From the NCBI GenBank assembly GCA_963789955.1, contig CAWBMV010000002.1, positions 1 through 25,757 of the forward strand: a DNA stretch of 25,757 bases, written 5' to 3'. The translations under genes were made by a program, and so were the position numbers. Source of the DNA: an uncultured Candidatus Rokubacteria bacterium (GTDB lineage: Bacteria; Methylomirabilota; Methylomirabilia; Rokubacteriales; CSP1-6). Under the pieces are notes generated by a model, which did not search any database, had not been told where the DNA came from, and was given only the letters and a program-made list of their open reading frames with translations. This document shows positions 6,994 to 17,783 of the stretch, piece after piece; the stretch's first letter is position 1; every line of letters begins with the position of its first letter.

Positions 6994-8118
6994 CTATCGA
7001 AACCTCGGAATCACCTTCTCCGCGAACAGCTCGAGCGTCTTCAAACATCGGGCGCGCTCGAGAATGCCCTGGCCGAACAGCAGGAACATCTCGTTGAACG
7101 GCACGTGGCGCGCCGCGTTCTCGATCATGCGCGTCACGGTGTCCGCGTCGCCGATCAGGAGCGGCGGCCGGTCCTGGCCGAAGGGCACGGACCACGAGTC
7201 CCACATCCAGAGACAGTCCTCGGCCCACGCCTCCGCCTCGCTCTTCGTGTCGGCGAGCACGAGATAGCCGCCCCACGCCGCTTCGTCTCCGCGTCGCACG
7301 TCGCGGCCGTGGCGCTCGGCTTCTTCACGATAGCGGCTCCAGAGCATCTCGCAGAAGTCCATCTCGCTCGCCATCACGATGGGCTTGCCGCCTTCCCGCG
7401 CCCAGTAGAGCGAGGTCTGCAGGCTATGCGTGAAGCCCGAGTAGACGGGAATCGGATTCTGCAACGGGCGCGGCGCGATGCCGACCTCGCGGATCGTGCC
7501 GTCGGCGTCGACGCCGCGGCCGTACTTCAGGTAGACCGGATGCGGATGCGGCTGGCGCTGGCCCTCGGGTGGGTACGACCAGTACTTGCCCTTGAAGGCG
7601 AACGTGTCGTTGGCCCACGCGGTCTTGATGATGGCCACGCACTCCTCGAAGAGCTCGCGGTTGCGCGCGTCCTCGTCGCTCTTGCGGTTCCACGGCCCCG
7701 TGGCCTTGGCGCCGGGCACGGCAGCGTAGTTCTCGAACCATCGCGCTTGATAGCCGCGCACGAACGCGACGTTGAGCCGGCCGCCGAGCAGATGGTCGAG
7801 CGTGGCCGCGTGCTCGGCCACGCGCAGCGGATTGTGCGTGGGCAGCACGTAGCCGAACTGGTTGATGCGCAGGCGCGGGCCGTGCGTGCCGAGGAACATC
7901 GCCATGAGGCCCGGATCCTGACCGAGCTCGAATCCCTCGATCTGCAGGTGATGCTCGGGGATGCCGATGCCCGACCAGCCGGTCGCATCGCACGTGCGCG
8001 CGTACTCACCGATCTCGTCCAGCATGCGCTGGTAGAGCACGGGATCCTTGCCGGCCATGCCCCGCTCGAGCTCGCGGCGCCGCCCGATCGTGACGTACAT
8101 GAACGCGTGGAAGTCCAT
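6994..8118 (-). CDS. LLM class flavin-dependent oxidoreductase
   Basis: Intact 374-aa ORF; PEHH, HNPLRVAEHAATLDHLLGGRLNVAFVRGY, LELFAEKVIPRF. Confidence 0.92.
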   Translation of the reverse strand: MDFHAFMYVTIGRRRELERGMAGKDPVLYQRMLDEIGEYARTCDATGWSGIGIPEHHLQIEGFELGQDPGLMAMFLGTHGPRLRINQFGYVLPTHNPLRVAEHAATLDHLLGGRLNVAFVRGYQARWFENYAAVPGAKATGPWNRKSDEDARNRELFEECVAIIKTAWANDTFAFKGKYWSYPPEGQRQPHPHPVYLKYGRGVDADGTIREVGIAPRPLQNPIPVYSGFTHSLQTSLYWAREGGKPIVMASEMDFCEMLWSRYREEAERHGRDVRRGDEAAWGGYLVLADTKSEAEAWAEDCLWMWDSWSVPFGQDRPPLLIGDADTVTRMIENAARHVPFNEMFLLFGQGILERARCLKTLELFAEKVIPRFR

Positions 8119-8127
8119 CGCCGACTG

Positions 8128-9369
8128 TTATACCACCTGCCGCGTCGGCGGCCGGCGCAGCCCCCAGAACGCCACGCAGCCGATCAGGTAGGACGCGATC
8201 GACGCCAGGAACGCGAGCCGATAGCTGCCGGAGACGTCGAAGATCCAGCCGGCGCCCCACGCGCCGACGGCCGAGCCGATGCCGGTGCCGATCGTGATGA
8301 CCCCCAGGATGGTGCCGAGGTTTCGGCCCGGGGAACAGATCGGCGGTCTTGGCGGTGATCGCCGGACCCCGCGCGCCCCAGGTGAGGCCAAAGAAGCAGG
8401 CGTGGATCCAGAGAAGCCAGGCGTCGCCGGGGCCCGTGATGAAGAGCGCGCAGATCACGCCGACGATCGAGACCACGTAGGCGAGGATCGCGGAGAGCTC
8501 GCGGCCGATGTAGTCCGAGAGCGTCCCGGTGACGATCGTCCCGCCGACGGACGAGCAACGCTCCCATGCCGAGCACGCTGGCGGCGTAGAGCTTGTCGAA
8601 GCCGACGTCGACGGCGAACGCGAGCTGGTGCAGCGAGACGAGGAAGCTGCCGAGACCCGTGGCAGAGGTACACCGTGAACAGGAGCCAGAAGTGCGGCGT
8701 CGCGATCGCTTCGGCCAAGGTCCAGTCCCGGCGCGCCGGCGGAGCCGCGCTCGACGCCCTCGCCGAGGGCCGGCGGGCTCGCCGGCGCGACCGCCGCCGG
8801 CGGCTGGTCACGCCGGAACAGGGCGGCGAGCGGCCAGACGAGCAGCGCCATGAGCGCCGCCTGCGCGAGATACGCGTGCCGCCAGCCGATCGTCGAGATC
8901 AGGATCTGCGCGAGCGGCGCCGAGACCGCTCGTCGCGAACCCGTTGGCCGACTGCACGATCGAGATCGCCATGCCACGATTGCGCACGAAGCGGCGCGAG
9001 AGGATCGGCACGAACACCACGAGCCCGAGGCAATTGGCTCCCACGGTCATGAGGACGCCGTAGAGCACGATCATCTGCCAGAGCGCGAGCGACGTAGGCG
9101 CTGCCCACGAGTCCGATCGCCAGCATGCTCCCGCCCAGCAGGACGAGCCGCCGAGGACCGAGGCGGTCCACCAGCGCGCCGACGAAGGGCGCGCTCGCGC
9201 CGCTCACGAACGCGGAGACCGAGTAGGCCAGCGACGTCTCGGCGCGGCTCCAGCGGAACTCCTCGAGGAACGCCACCAGGAAGACCGCGTAGGAGTGCAT
9301 CAGCGCGGCGCTGACGGCGAAGGTCACGAAGGCGCCGCCCAGCAAGAGTCCGCCGCGCCCCGAGGTCAT
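8128..9369 (-). CDS. MFS transporter (frameshifted)
   Basis: GALVDRLGPRR and GTLSDYIGRE MFS loop motifs, RNRGMAISI, GAGWIFDVSGSY; TM segments continue across several frame changes; TAA at 8130..8128. Confidence 0.85.
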
Positions 9370-9401
9370 GCGCTGTCCTTATACAATGGGATCCGGGAGC
9401 C

Positions 9402-10967
9402 ATGATGCGACTGACGGACTACACGGCCTACGCCGACGCCCACCGGCACTTCCAATCCGCGGCGCTGTGGTCGCTCTTCGACGGCGGCCGCGAGTCGCTG
9501 AACATCGCCGTCGAGTGCCTGGACCGGCACGCCGGCTCCGGTCGCGTCGCGGTCCGCGTCGCCCACGCCGACGGGCGCGACGAGACGCTCGGGTTTCGTG
9601 ATCTGTCCGAGTGGTCCGCGCGCTTCGCGCACTGGCTCGCGGCCCGCGGCGTCGCCCCCGGCGACCGCGTGGCGATCATGCTCGAGCCGTCGCTGGCCTT
9701 CTACGCCGCCCTGTTCGGCGCCATCAAGCGCGGCGCCATCGCGGTGCCGCTGTTCACCCTGTTCGGGCCCGACGGTGTCCGGCTGCGGGTCGAAGACTGC
9801 ACGCCGCGGCTCCTGCTGACCAACGCCGAGAAGGCCGACACCGCGCGCGCCATCGCCGGGCTCGAGGTCGTGGTGGCCGACGACGCGTTCGTGTCCACGC
9901 TGGCGGCGCTCCCGACCCGCTACGAGGTGCGGAGCGCCGCCGACGACCTCGCGGTCTTTCAGTACACGTCGGGCACGACGCGGGAGCTGCCGGCGGCGGT
10001 GCGCCATCCCCAGCGCGCGATCGTCGCGCTCATGGTCGCCGCACTCTACGGCACAGGCATCCGGCCGGGCGATCGCTTCTTCTGCCCGTCCTCGCCCGCG
10101 TGGGGGCACGGCCTCTGGCACGGCACGCTCGCGCCGCTGGCGCTCGGCGTCACCACCGGGACGATGGCCGGCAAGTTCGACCCGGTGCGGATGCTCCGCG
10201 CGCTGCAGGAGTACGACGTGACCAACGTGGCCGCCGCGGCGACGCACTATCGCATGCTGAAAAGCTCCGGACAGGCCGGCGCGTATCGCTACGGCATCCG
10301 CAAGCTGTCGTTCACCGGCGAGCCGATGGACAGCGCCACGCGCGCGTTCGTCGAGGCGACGTTCGGCACGCGCGTGTGCAGCATGTACGGGACGACCGAG
10401 GTCGGTGTGATCCTTGCCGACTATCCGGGCGCCGCAGATTACACCGTCAAGCCCGGCGCGTTGGGAAAGCCGGTCCCCGGCGTCCGCGTCGAGGTGCAGG
10501 ACGCCGAGGGACGTCCCTGCCCGCCGGACCAGATCGGCGAGATCAAGGTGTGGCGACGCGATACCTGGTTTCCGACGAAGGATCGAGGCCACGTGGACGG
10601 CGATGGCTACTTCTATCACGCCGGGCGCGCCGACGATGTCATCATCTCGGCCGGCTGGACCATGAGCGCGATCGAGATCGAGGACGTGCTGCTCCGGCAT
10701 CCGGACGTGCGCGAGGCGGCGGTGATCGGCGTCGCCGATGCGCTGCGCGGCCAGGTGGTCAAGGCGTTCATCGTGAGCGCGCGCGGCGGCGACGACGCGT
10801 TCGCCCGCGAGCTGCAGGATTTCACGCGCACGCGGCTCAGCCAGCACGAATACCCGCGGCGCGTCGCGTTCGTGGCGGCGCTGCCCAAGACGCCCGCCGG
10901 CAAGGTCAACCGCAAGGCGCTTCGCGAATCCGAGGCGAGCGCCGTGGAGCCCACGCATGCCCCGTGA
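9402..10967 (+). CDS. Acyl-CoA synthetase (AMP-binding enzyme)
   Basis: Intact 521-aa ORF; YTSGTT, MYGTTE, GRADDVI, LPKTPAGKVNR. Confidence 0.92.
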   Translation: MMRLTDYTAYADAHRHFQSAALWSLFDGGRESLNIAVECLDRHAGSGRVAVRVAHADGRDETLGFRDLSEWSARFAHWLAARGVAPGDRVAIMLEPSLAFYAALFGAIKRGAIAVPLFTLFGPDGVRLRVEDCTPRLLLTNAEKADTARAIAGLEVVVADDAFVSTLAALPTRYEVRSAADDLAVFQYTSGTTRELPAAVRHPQRAIVALMVAALYGTGIRPGDRFFCPSSPAWGHGLWHGTLAPLALGVTTGTMAGKFDPVRMLRALQEYDVTNVAAAATHYRMLKSSGQAGAYRYGIRKLSFTGEPMDSATRAFVEATFGTRVCSMYGTTEVGVILADYPGAADYTVKPGALGKPVPGVRVEVQDAEGRPCPPDQIGEIKVWRRDTWFPTKDRGHVDGDGYFYHAGRADDVIISAGWTMSAIEIEDVLLRHPDVREAAVIGVADALRGQVVKAFIVSARGGDDAFARELQDFTRTRLSQHEYPRRVAFVAALPKTPAGKVNRKALRESEASAVEPTHAP

Positions 10968-12097
10968 GACGACGACGCTTTTTCCGAAGATCACCGAGCA
11001 GGGCCTCGAGGACCTGCGCCGCCGGATCGGCGTCAAGATCACGGACACGCTCGAGCCGTGGTGCCACGAGGCCACGCGCGACAACCTGCGCCACTACGCG
11101 CACGGTATCGGCGACGACAACCCGCTCTGGTGCGATCCCGAGTACGCCGCCGGCACACGCTGGGGTGGCGTGGTCGCGCCGCCGAGCTTTCTCTTTGCCA
11201 CGAGCCGGATCATCTCGGGCTACGTCGGCGGGCTGCCGGGCGTGCACGCGATGTGGGCCGGGGCGGACTGGACATGGCACCTCCCGGTGCGGCGCAACGA
11301 CGCGATCACGACCGAGGCGTGGCTCAAGGAGCTGATCGAGCACCAGACGACGTTCGCGGGCCGCTCGATCCAGCAGGTCTATCACGTCGACTTCTACAAC
11401 CAGCGCGGGGACCTCGTCGCCGCCGCCGACAGCTGGTGCTTTCGCACCGATCGTGACCAGGCGCGCGAAGCCGGGACCAAGTACACCGCGGTGAAGGCGA
11501 AGCCTCCCAAGCGCTACACCGACGAGGAGCTCGCCGACGTCTACCGGCTCTACGCGAACGAGCAGATCCGCGGTGGCACCCCGCGGTACTGGGACGACGT
11601 GCGCGAGGGCGAGCGGCTGCCGACGATGGCGAAGGGGCCGATGACCGTGACGGGCTTCATCGCCTATGCGCAGGGATGGGGCGGCCTCTACATCCGGGCG
11701 AACAAGCTCGCCTGGAAGCAGGTGCATCGTCATTCGGGTCTGGGCATCAAGAACCGCTTCGGCATTCCCGACTGCCCGGAGCGCGTCCACTGGGAGCAGG
11801 AGTTCGCGACGCATGGTCGGCGCGCCGGGGGCTTACGACTACGGCCCCGAGCGGTGCTCGTGGCTCACGCATCACCTGACCAACTGGATGGGCGACGACG
11901 GGTTCCTCCGCGGCGCGCACTGCAAGATCCGCCGCCACAATCCCGAAGGCGACACCCTGCGGATCGACGGCACGGTCCAGACGAAGCGCATCGAGAACGG
12001 CCGCCACCTGGTCGAGATCGAGCAGGAAGCGCGCAATCAGGACGGCGAGCTGTCGGTGCTCGGCAGCGGGGTCGTCGAGCTGCCGACGCGGAGCTGA
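10957..12097 (+). CDS. MaoC/FAS1-type double-hotdog acyl dehydratase (frameshift near 11810)
   Basis: HYAHGIGDDNPLWCDPEYA...VAPPSF; second half ERVHW...VGAPGAYDYGPER...NWMGDDG...NPEGDTL...GVVELP* in the shifted frame. Confidence 0.85.
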
Positions 12098-12109
12098 ATC
12101 AAGGAGCCC

Positions 12110-13734
12110 ATGCGTCCGGTCACCCGCTTCGGCGACCTGACGGACACGGCGGCCGCGCGGTGGGGCGATCGCGAGGCCCTCGTCTTCCGCGATCGTCGCT
12201 ACTCGTTCCGTCAGATCGCCGCCGAGGTCGACCGCCTCGCGCGCGGGCTGATCCACATCGGCGTCGGGCCGGGCGAGAAGGTCGCGCTCTGGCTCCTCAA
12301 CTGCCCCGAGTGGATCTTCGCGATGTTCGCCCTGGCCAAGATCGGCGCCGTCCACGTGCCGATCAATACGCGATTCCGGACCGTCGATCTGGCGCAGGTC
12401 CTCGAGCGATCGAACGCGGCGACCCTCATGACCCACGACGTCTCCGGGCCCGTCGATTACCTCGGCATGGTTCGCGAGCTCGCGTCGTTCGACGGCGGCG
12501 GCGAGAGCCCGGCGCGTGCGGAGCGCACGACTGCCCGATCTGGAGCGGGTGGTCGTCCTGAGCGATCGGCAGTATCCGGGAGCCTGGGGCTGGCCCGAGC
12601 TGCTGGCGTCGGCCGCCACGGTCGACCCGGCCAGCCTGGCCGCGCGGGCGGCGGCGGTGCGTCCCAGCGACACGGCGTTCATCATGTACACGTCGGGAAC
12701 GACCGGGTTCCCCAAAGGCGTGATGCGCGACCATACACTGCTCGCCCACATGGCCGACCGCTACCGGCGCCTGCAGTCCTCCGAGCGGGACGTCTTCGTC
12801 AACTACCTTCCGCTCTTTCACATCTTCGGCTACGTCGACGGGCCGCTCGGCTCGCTGCTGGTCGGCTACCGGCAGATTCTCACGGAAACATTCGACGCCG
12901 ACGAGGCGCTCGATCTCGTCGAGCGCGAAGGCGCGACCCACATCGACGGCTTCGACACGCACCTCAAGCTCCTCGTCGCCGCCCAGGAAGCGCGGCCGCG
13001 CAATCTGTCGACGTTGCGCACCGGCATCATGGCGGCCGGCGCGGCGAGCGCGACGCCGATCGTCTATCGCGCGCGCAAGGCGCTGGCGCCGTTGCGACAC
13101 CTGACCGCCTACGGCATGACGGAAGTCGGCGCGACGATCTCGATGTCGCTCCTCGATTCGACGGACGAGCAGGCGTGCGAAGCGTCCGGGCTTCCGTGCG
13201 AGGGCTTCGAGGTGCGCGTGATCGATCCCGACACGGGCCACGAGCAGCTGCGCGGCACGCCGGGTGAGATCGTGGTCCGGACGCGATACCTCATGCAGGG
13301 CTACTACCGGGATCCCGAAGCGACCGCGCGGGCCATCGATGCCGACGGCTGGTTTCACACGGGCGACGCCGGCATCCTGCGCGCCGACGGCCATCTCCGC
13401 TTCGTCGGCCGCTACAAGGACATGATCAAGGTCGGCGGCGAGAACGTCGATCCGACCGAGGTCGAGAGCTATCTCGGCACCTACCCGGGTGTCCGGCAGG
13501 CGGCCGTCGTCAGCTACCCCGACGCTCGGCTCGGTGAAGTGGGGGTCGTCTTCGTGCAGCCTGCGCCGGGAGCCACCGTCGCTCCCGGACGATCTGATCG
13601 CGTTCTGCCGGGGACGGATCGCGAGCTTCAAGATCCCGCGCCATGCATTCGTCGTCGACGAGCTCCCGATGACGTCGAGTGGCAAAGTCCAGAAAGCGCG
13701 GCTGCGCGAGGTCGCGCGCGAGCGACTCGGCTAG
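12110..13734 (+). CDS. Acyl-CoA synthetase (AMP-binding enzyme; frameshifts near 12515 and 13585)
   Basis: AAGGAG SD; YTSGTTGFPKG, AYGMTE, WFHTGD, GRYKDMIKVGGEN, LPMTSSGKVQK. Confidence 0.88.
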
Positions 13735-13747
13735 CGCCGAGCCGGAA

Positions 13748-13987
13748 TCACTTCGCCGGGCCCGACGTGTAGCCGCGGTCCGTCATGCAGCGCCGGTAGC
13801 GATCCTGATTGATCGGCTCGCCCGGTCCGCCCACGCCAGGCGTCACGCGCTTGGCCTCGGTCAGACAGTCCATGGTGTCGCGACCGCGCTCTTGCTCGGT
13901 CACGCCGGGCTTCGTCCACGTGTCACCGGACGTGGCGCAGCCGGCGAGTGCTGCGCCGAGAACGAGCGCGACGACGATCCGCCGCAT
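13748..13987 (-). CDS. Small lipoprotein of unknown function (79 aa)
   Basis: GGAG SD; lipobox LAGC; WTKPG...DC...CM..RGY two-Cys pattern. Confidence 0.8.
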   Translation of the reverse strand: MRRIVVALVLGAALAGCATSGDTWTKPGVTEQERGRDTMDCLTEAKRVTPGVGGPGEPINQDRYRRCMTDRGYTSGPAK

Positions 13988-14021
13988 GGCTCCAGAGTCT
14001 AGACGAACGCCGGGCAACAGA

Positions 14022-14057
14022 CCAGCGCCCCGGCTGATGACGATGCCGGGGCGCTGG
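14022..14057 (-). terminator. Inverted repeat, probable terminator downstream of degP
   Basis: Perfect 13-bp stem ccagcgccccggc / gccggggcgctgg with a 10-nt loop, followed on the minus strand by only a weak U-tract (TCTGTT). Confidence 0.55.
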
Positions 14058-14101
14058 GGAGTACAACCGGGGCGGCGGAGCTGCTCCCCGCCGGCTATGC
14101 G

Positions 14102-15575
14102 CTACGCGGCTGGAATGGCCACAAACATGGTCTGGCCGTCGCGATTCACGAGCATCACGACCGGCGCGTCCTTGGCCTGCTTGTCGAGCCGCGCCTTGAA
14201 GTCCTCGATCGTACGGACCGGCCGGCGGTCGACCTCGACGATCACGTCACCGGCGCGGATGCCGGCCTCGGCCGCGCGGCCGCCCTCGACCACGTCGCGG
14301 ACCAGCACGCCCTCCTTGACCTTGAGCCCGAGCTCGCGCGCCACCGGCGGCGTCACCGGCTGCACCGAGAGGCCGAGCTGACCCTTGCCGTCGGTCTCCG
14401 CGGCGGCGTTGGCCTGCGACTCGTCCTCGAGCTTGGCGATGTGAGCGTTCAGGCGCTGCTCCTTGCCTTCCCGCACCACCACCATCGGCACGTCCTTTCC
14501 GACCGACATATCGGCCACGAGACCGGGCAGATCGGTCGCCTTCGGGATCTTCTTGCCGTTGAACTCGACGATCACGTCACCGGGCTTCACGCCGGCCTTG
14601 TCCGCCGGGGAGCCTTCCATCACCGCCGAGACGAGCGCCCCGCTGGTGTCGCCACGCTTGAAGCTCGCGGCGAGCTCCTTGGTGAGCGGCTGGATCATGA
14701 CGCCGAGCCAGCCGCGCTCGACCGTGCCCGTGCTCGGCGAGCTGCGGATCACGATCTTGGCCAGGTTCGATCGGAATCGCGAAGCCGATGCCGATCGACC
14801 CGCCGCCGCGGCTGAAGATGGCGGTGTTGATGCCGATGACCTCGCCGCTGCGCGTTGAGCAGCGGGCCGCCGCTGTTGCCCGGATTGATCGACGCGTCGG
14901 TCTGGATGAAGTTGTCGTACGGGCCGCTCGCCGATGCACGCGACCGGTCGCGCTGACGATGCCGGCCGTCACGGTGCTGCTCGAGCCCGAACGGGTTGCC
15001 GATGGCCATCGACCGACTCGCCGACCTGCAGCGCCGTCGGAGTCGCCGAGCGGGATCGCGGGCAGGCCGGTCGGCGCTCGATCTTCGATCAGGGCGAGGT
15101 CGGTCTTGGCGTCGCGGCCGACCACCTTGGCCGTGAACTCGCGCCCGTCGGCGAGCGTCACCTGGATCTCGGTGGCGTTCTCGACGACGTGGTTGTTGGT
15201 GACGATGAATCCGTTGGCGTCGATGATGAAGCCCGAGCCGCCGGCGCGCGTCGGGTGGCGCGGCGCCTCGTCGAAGAAGCGCTTGAAGAAATCCTCCATC
15301 GAGCGATCGTCGGGCCGCCCTTTGAGCTGCGGCGCCATCGACGATTCGCCGTTGAGCTTGACGCTGATGTTCACGACCGCGGGCTTCGCCTCCTTGCTGA
15401 GGCGCACCCAGTCCGGTGCCTGGATCTGAACGGTTTGAGCGGAGGTGCGCTCCGTCCAGATCGGGGCCGAGCCGCTCGTGAAGCCGAAGTGGGGCAGCAA
15501 TCCCACCATGGCCGCGACGGCGACCAGGGCAACGATGGGCGCTGCCCAGCGCCGATGGCTTTTCATCATCCTCAT
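14102..15575 (-). CDS. degP: HtrA/DegP (Do family) serine protease with two PDZ domains (frameshifted at about 14750-15090; alternative start 15599)
   Basis: [39 protein letters not shown], then two PDZ domains. Confidence 0.88.
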
Positions 15576-15656
15576 GAGTCCGCCTCCCTGCTCATTCATC
15601 GAATGCGCTCCTCTTGCGCGAGAGTCTGTGTCACGGCATCACCTTAGCGGTGCGAC

Positions 15657-15684
15657 GTAAGGCCGCCGTGAAACGGGGATGAGA
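15657..15684 (-). promoter_or_regulatory. Putative OmpR/PhoB-family direct-repeat binding site upstream of degP
   Basis: Minus strand TCTCAT-N5-TTTCAC-N5-CCTTAC (11-bp period), ending 10 nt before a TAAGGT -10-like hexamer. Confidence 0.4.
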
Positions 15685-15711
15685 AGCCTCTTAGCGCGGG
15701 ATGGCGACTGA

Positions 15712-17103
15712 CTAGGCGGCGGGGAGGTGGATCGTGAAGCGGCTGCCGCCGCCTGGACGGCTCTCGACCTCGAGCGTGCCGCCGTGGGCGACGACGATGG
15801 ACCGAGCGATGGCCAGGCCGAGCCCGCTCCCGCCCGTATCACGGTTGCGGCCGGCATCGAGCCGCACGAAGGGCTCGAAGATACGCGTGGCGTCGGCGGG
15901 ATCGATTCCGATGCCGGTATCCTCGACCGCCACCGCCGCGCCGGCTTGTGTCCGCTCGAGCGAGATCGCGACGGTGCCGCCGGCGGGCGTGTACTTGACC
16001 GCGTTGTCGACCAGGTTCAGGAGCGCCCGGCGCAGCGCGCCGGCGTCGCCCTGCACCCCCGCGGGGGCCGTGGCGCCGAGGCTGACCGTGACGCCCTTGC
16101 CCTTGGCCAGGCGCACGCCGAGCTCGAGCGCTTCGAGGCACAGGGGCTCGAGGTCCACCGGCTGGCGGACGGCGTTGAGGCCGACCGTGGATCGCGAGAG
16201 CAGCAGCAGGTCTTCGGCGAGCCGGATGAGCTGATCGACCTCCTCGATGCTCGAGGCGAGGACGCGCCGATACTCGTCCGGCGAGCGCTCCGCGCGAAGC
16301 GCGATCTCGATTCCGCCACGCAGCGCCGTCAGGGGAGTCCGCAGCTCGTGCGCGGCGTCGGCGGTGAAGCGTTGCATCTCGCTGAACGCGGCTTCCAGGC
16401 GGGCGAGCATCGCGTTGAGCGTATCGGCGAGGCGATCGATCTCGTCCTGGGTCCCGCGCCGCTCGAGGCGCCGGCTCAGGTCCTCGGCGCTGATCCGCAG
16501 GGCACTCTGCGACATCCGATCGACCGGCCGGAGCGCGCGCCGCGCCAGCATCCAGCCGCCGACGGCCGAGAGCACCGCGCCCAGCGGAACGAGCACGAGC
16601 AACGTCTCGATGTACCGGACGAGCGTCTGACGGGTCCGGCGCAGCGGCATGGCCACCTGGACCAGATCGACGACGCGCCCGGCCCGTACGACCGGCATCG
16701 TGAGCAGCCGCGCCCGGTCTCCAGTGCTGAGGTCGACCGTCTCGATCGTGGGCACGCCGCGCAACGCGTTCATCCGCGCCTCGCGCGAGAGCGGCAGGGC
16801 CGGCCGCAGCGCGCGGGAGCGCATATTTCCCTGCGGGTCGAGGAGCTGCAGCAGGGCGTCGGCGAACTCCGAGCCCAGGAACTCGCGCACCAGCGGCTCG
16901 AGATCGGGCGGCAGCGGCGCGGCCGGGTCCGCGGGCGGCGCGTCGCGGAGCACACCGGCCACGGTGAACAGCGACGCGTCGAGATCGTTGAACAGGTGCC
17001 AGCGCAAGAGCGAGTACGCGGCGACGCTGACCAGGAGCAGGATGGCGACGACGACACCCGTGTACCAGAGCGTCAACCGCGCGCGGATCGAGAGCGGGCG
17101 CAT
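15712..17103 (-). CDS. Sensor histidine kinase (HAMP-HisKA-HATPase; CusS/heavy-metal-sensor-like)
   Basis: SIRARLTLWY TM1, HAMP, FTADAAHELRTPL, NLVDNAVKY, DTGIGI, GSGLGL. Confidence 0.93.
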   Translation of the reverse strand: MRPLSIRARLTLWYTGVVVAILLLVSVAAYSLLRWHLFNDLDASLFTVAGVLRDAPPADPAAPLPPDLEPLVREFLGSEFADALLQLLDPQGNMRSRALRPALPLSREARMNALRGVPTIETVDLSTGDRARLLTMPVVRAGRVVDLVQVAMPLRRTRQTLVRYIETLLVLVPLGAVLSAVGGWMLARRALRPVDRMSQSALRISAEDLSRRLERRGTQDEIDRLADTLNAMLARLEAAFSEMQRFTADAAHELRTPLTALRGGIEIALRAERSPDEYRRVLASSIEEVDQLIRLAEDLLLLSRSTVGLNAVRQPVDLEPLCLEALELGVRLAKGKGVTVSLGATAPAGVQGDAGALRRALLNLVDNAVKYTPAGGTVAISLERTQAGAAVAVEDTGIGIDPADATRIFEPFVRLDAGRNRDTGGSGLGLAIARSIVVAHGGTLEVESRPGGGSRFTIHLPAA

Positions 17104-17105
17104 CG

Positions 17106-17783
17106 TCAGGGCTCGTCTTTCACGACGTAGCCCGCTCCGCGAATCGTGTGGAAGAGCTTCTTCTCCTGCGGGCCGTCGATCTTGCGGCGGAGATAGCCGA
17201 CGTACACGTCGACGATGTTGCTCTCCGGGTCGAAGTCGAGCCCCCACACGTGCTGCACCAGCATCGGGCGCGTGAGAATGCGCCCGGCATTGCGCATGAA
17301 GTACTCGAGCAGCGCCCACTCCCGCGTGGTGAGCTCGATCCGCCGCCCACCCCGCTCCACCTTGCGCGTGGCGGGATCGAGCGTCAGGTCGGCCAGCCGG
17401 AGCACCGGGGCTCGCCGCTCCGAGCCGCGCCGGAACAGCGCGCGGACACGAGCCAGAAGCTCGTCGAAGGCGAACGGCTTGGCCAGATAGTCGTCGGCGC
17501 CGAGATCGAGCCCGGTCACCTTGTCGGCGACGCTGTCGCGCGCCGTGAGCATGATGACGGGCGAGAGCACCCCCGACTGCCGCGCGGCCTTGAGGACCGC
17601 GAAGCCGTCACGTTTGGGCAGCATGACGTCCAGGACGATCAGATCGTAGGGGTCTGCGCCGAGCAGCAGATCGAGCGCGGCGTCGCCGTCGGCGGCGGCT
17701 TCGACGGTATGGCCCTCTTCTTCGAGCCCCTGGCGGATGAAGCTCGCGACCTTCCGATCGTCCTCGACGACGAGAATACGCAT
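17106..17783 (-). CDS. OmpR-family response regulator
   Basis: MRILVVEDD, LDVMLP, GADDYLAKPF, winged helix NIVDVYVGYLRRKID...TIRGAGY. Confidence 0.95.
   Translation of the reverse strand: MRILVVEDDRKVASFIRQGLEEEGHTVEAAADGDAALDLLLGADPYDLIVLDVMLPKRDGFAVLKAARQSGVLSPVIMLTARDSVADKVTGLDLGADDYLAKPFAFDELLARVRALFRRGSERRAPVLRLADLTLDPATRKVERGGRRIELTTREWALLEYFMRNAGRILTRPMLVQHVWGLDFDPESNIVDVYVGYLRRKIDGPQEKKLFHTIRGAGYVVKDEP

Noticed and set aside
11810..12561. 534-aa extended dehydratase ORF (10957..12561)
   Set aside because: The Arg/Pro-rich tail is an out-of-frame artefact; the true C-terminus ends at 12097 and the next gene starts at 12110.
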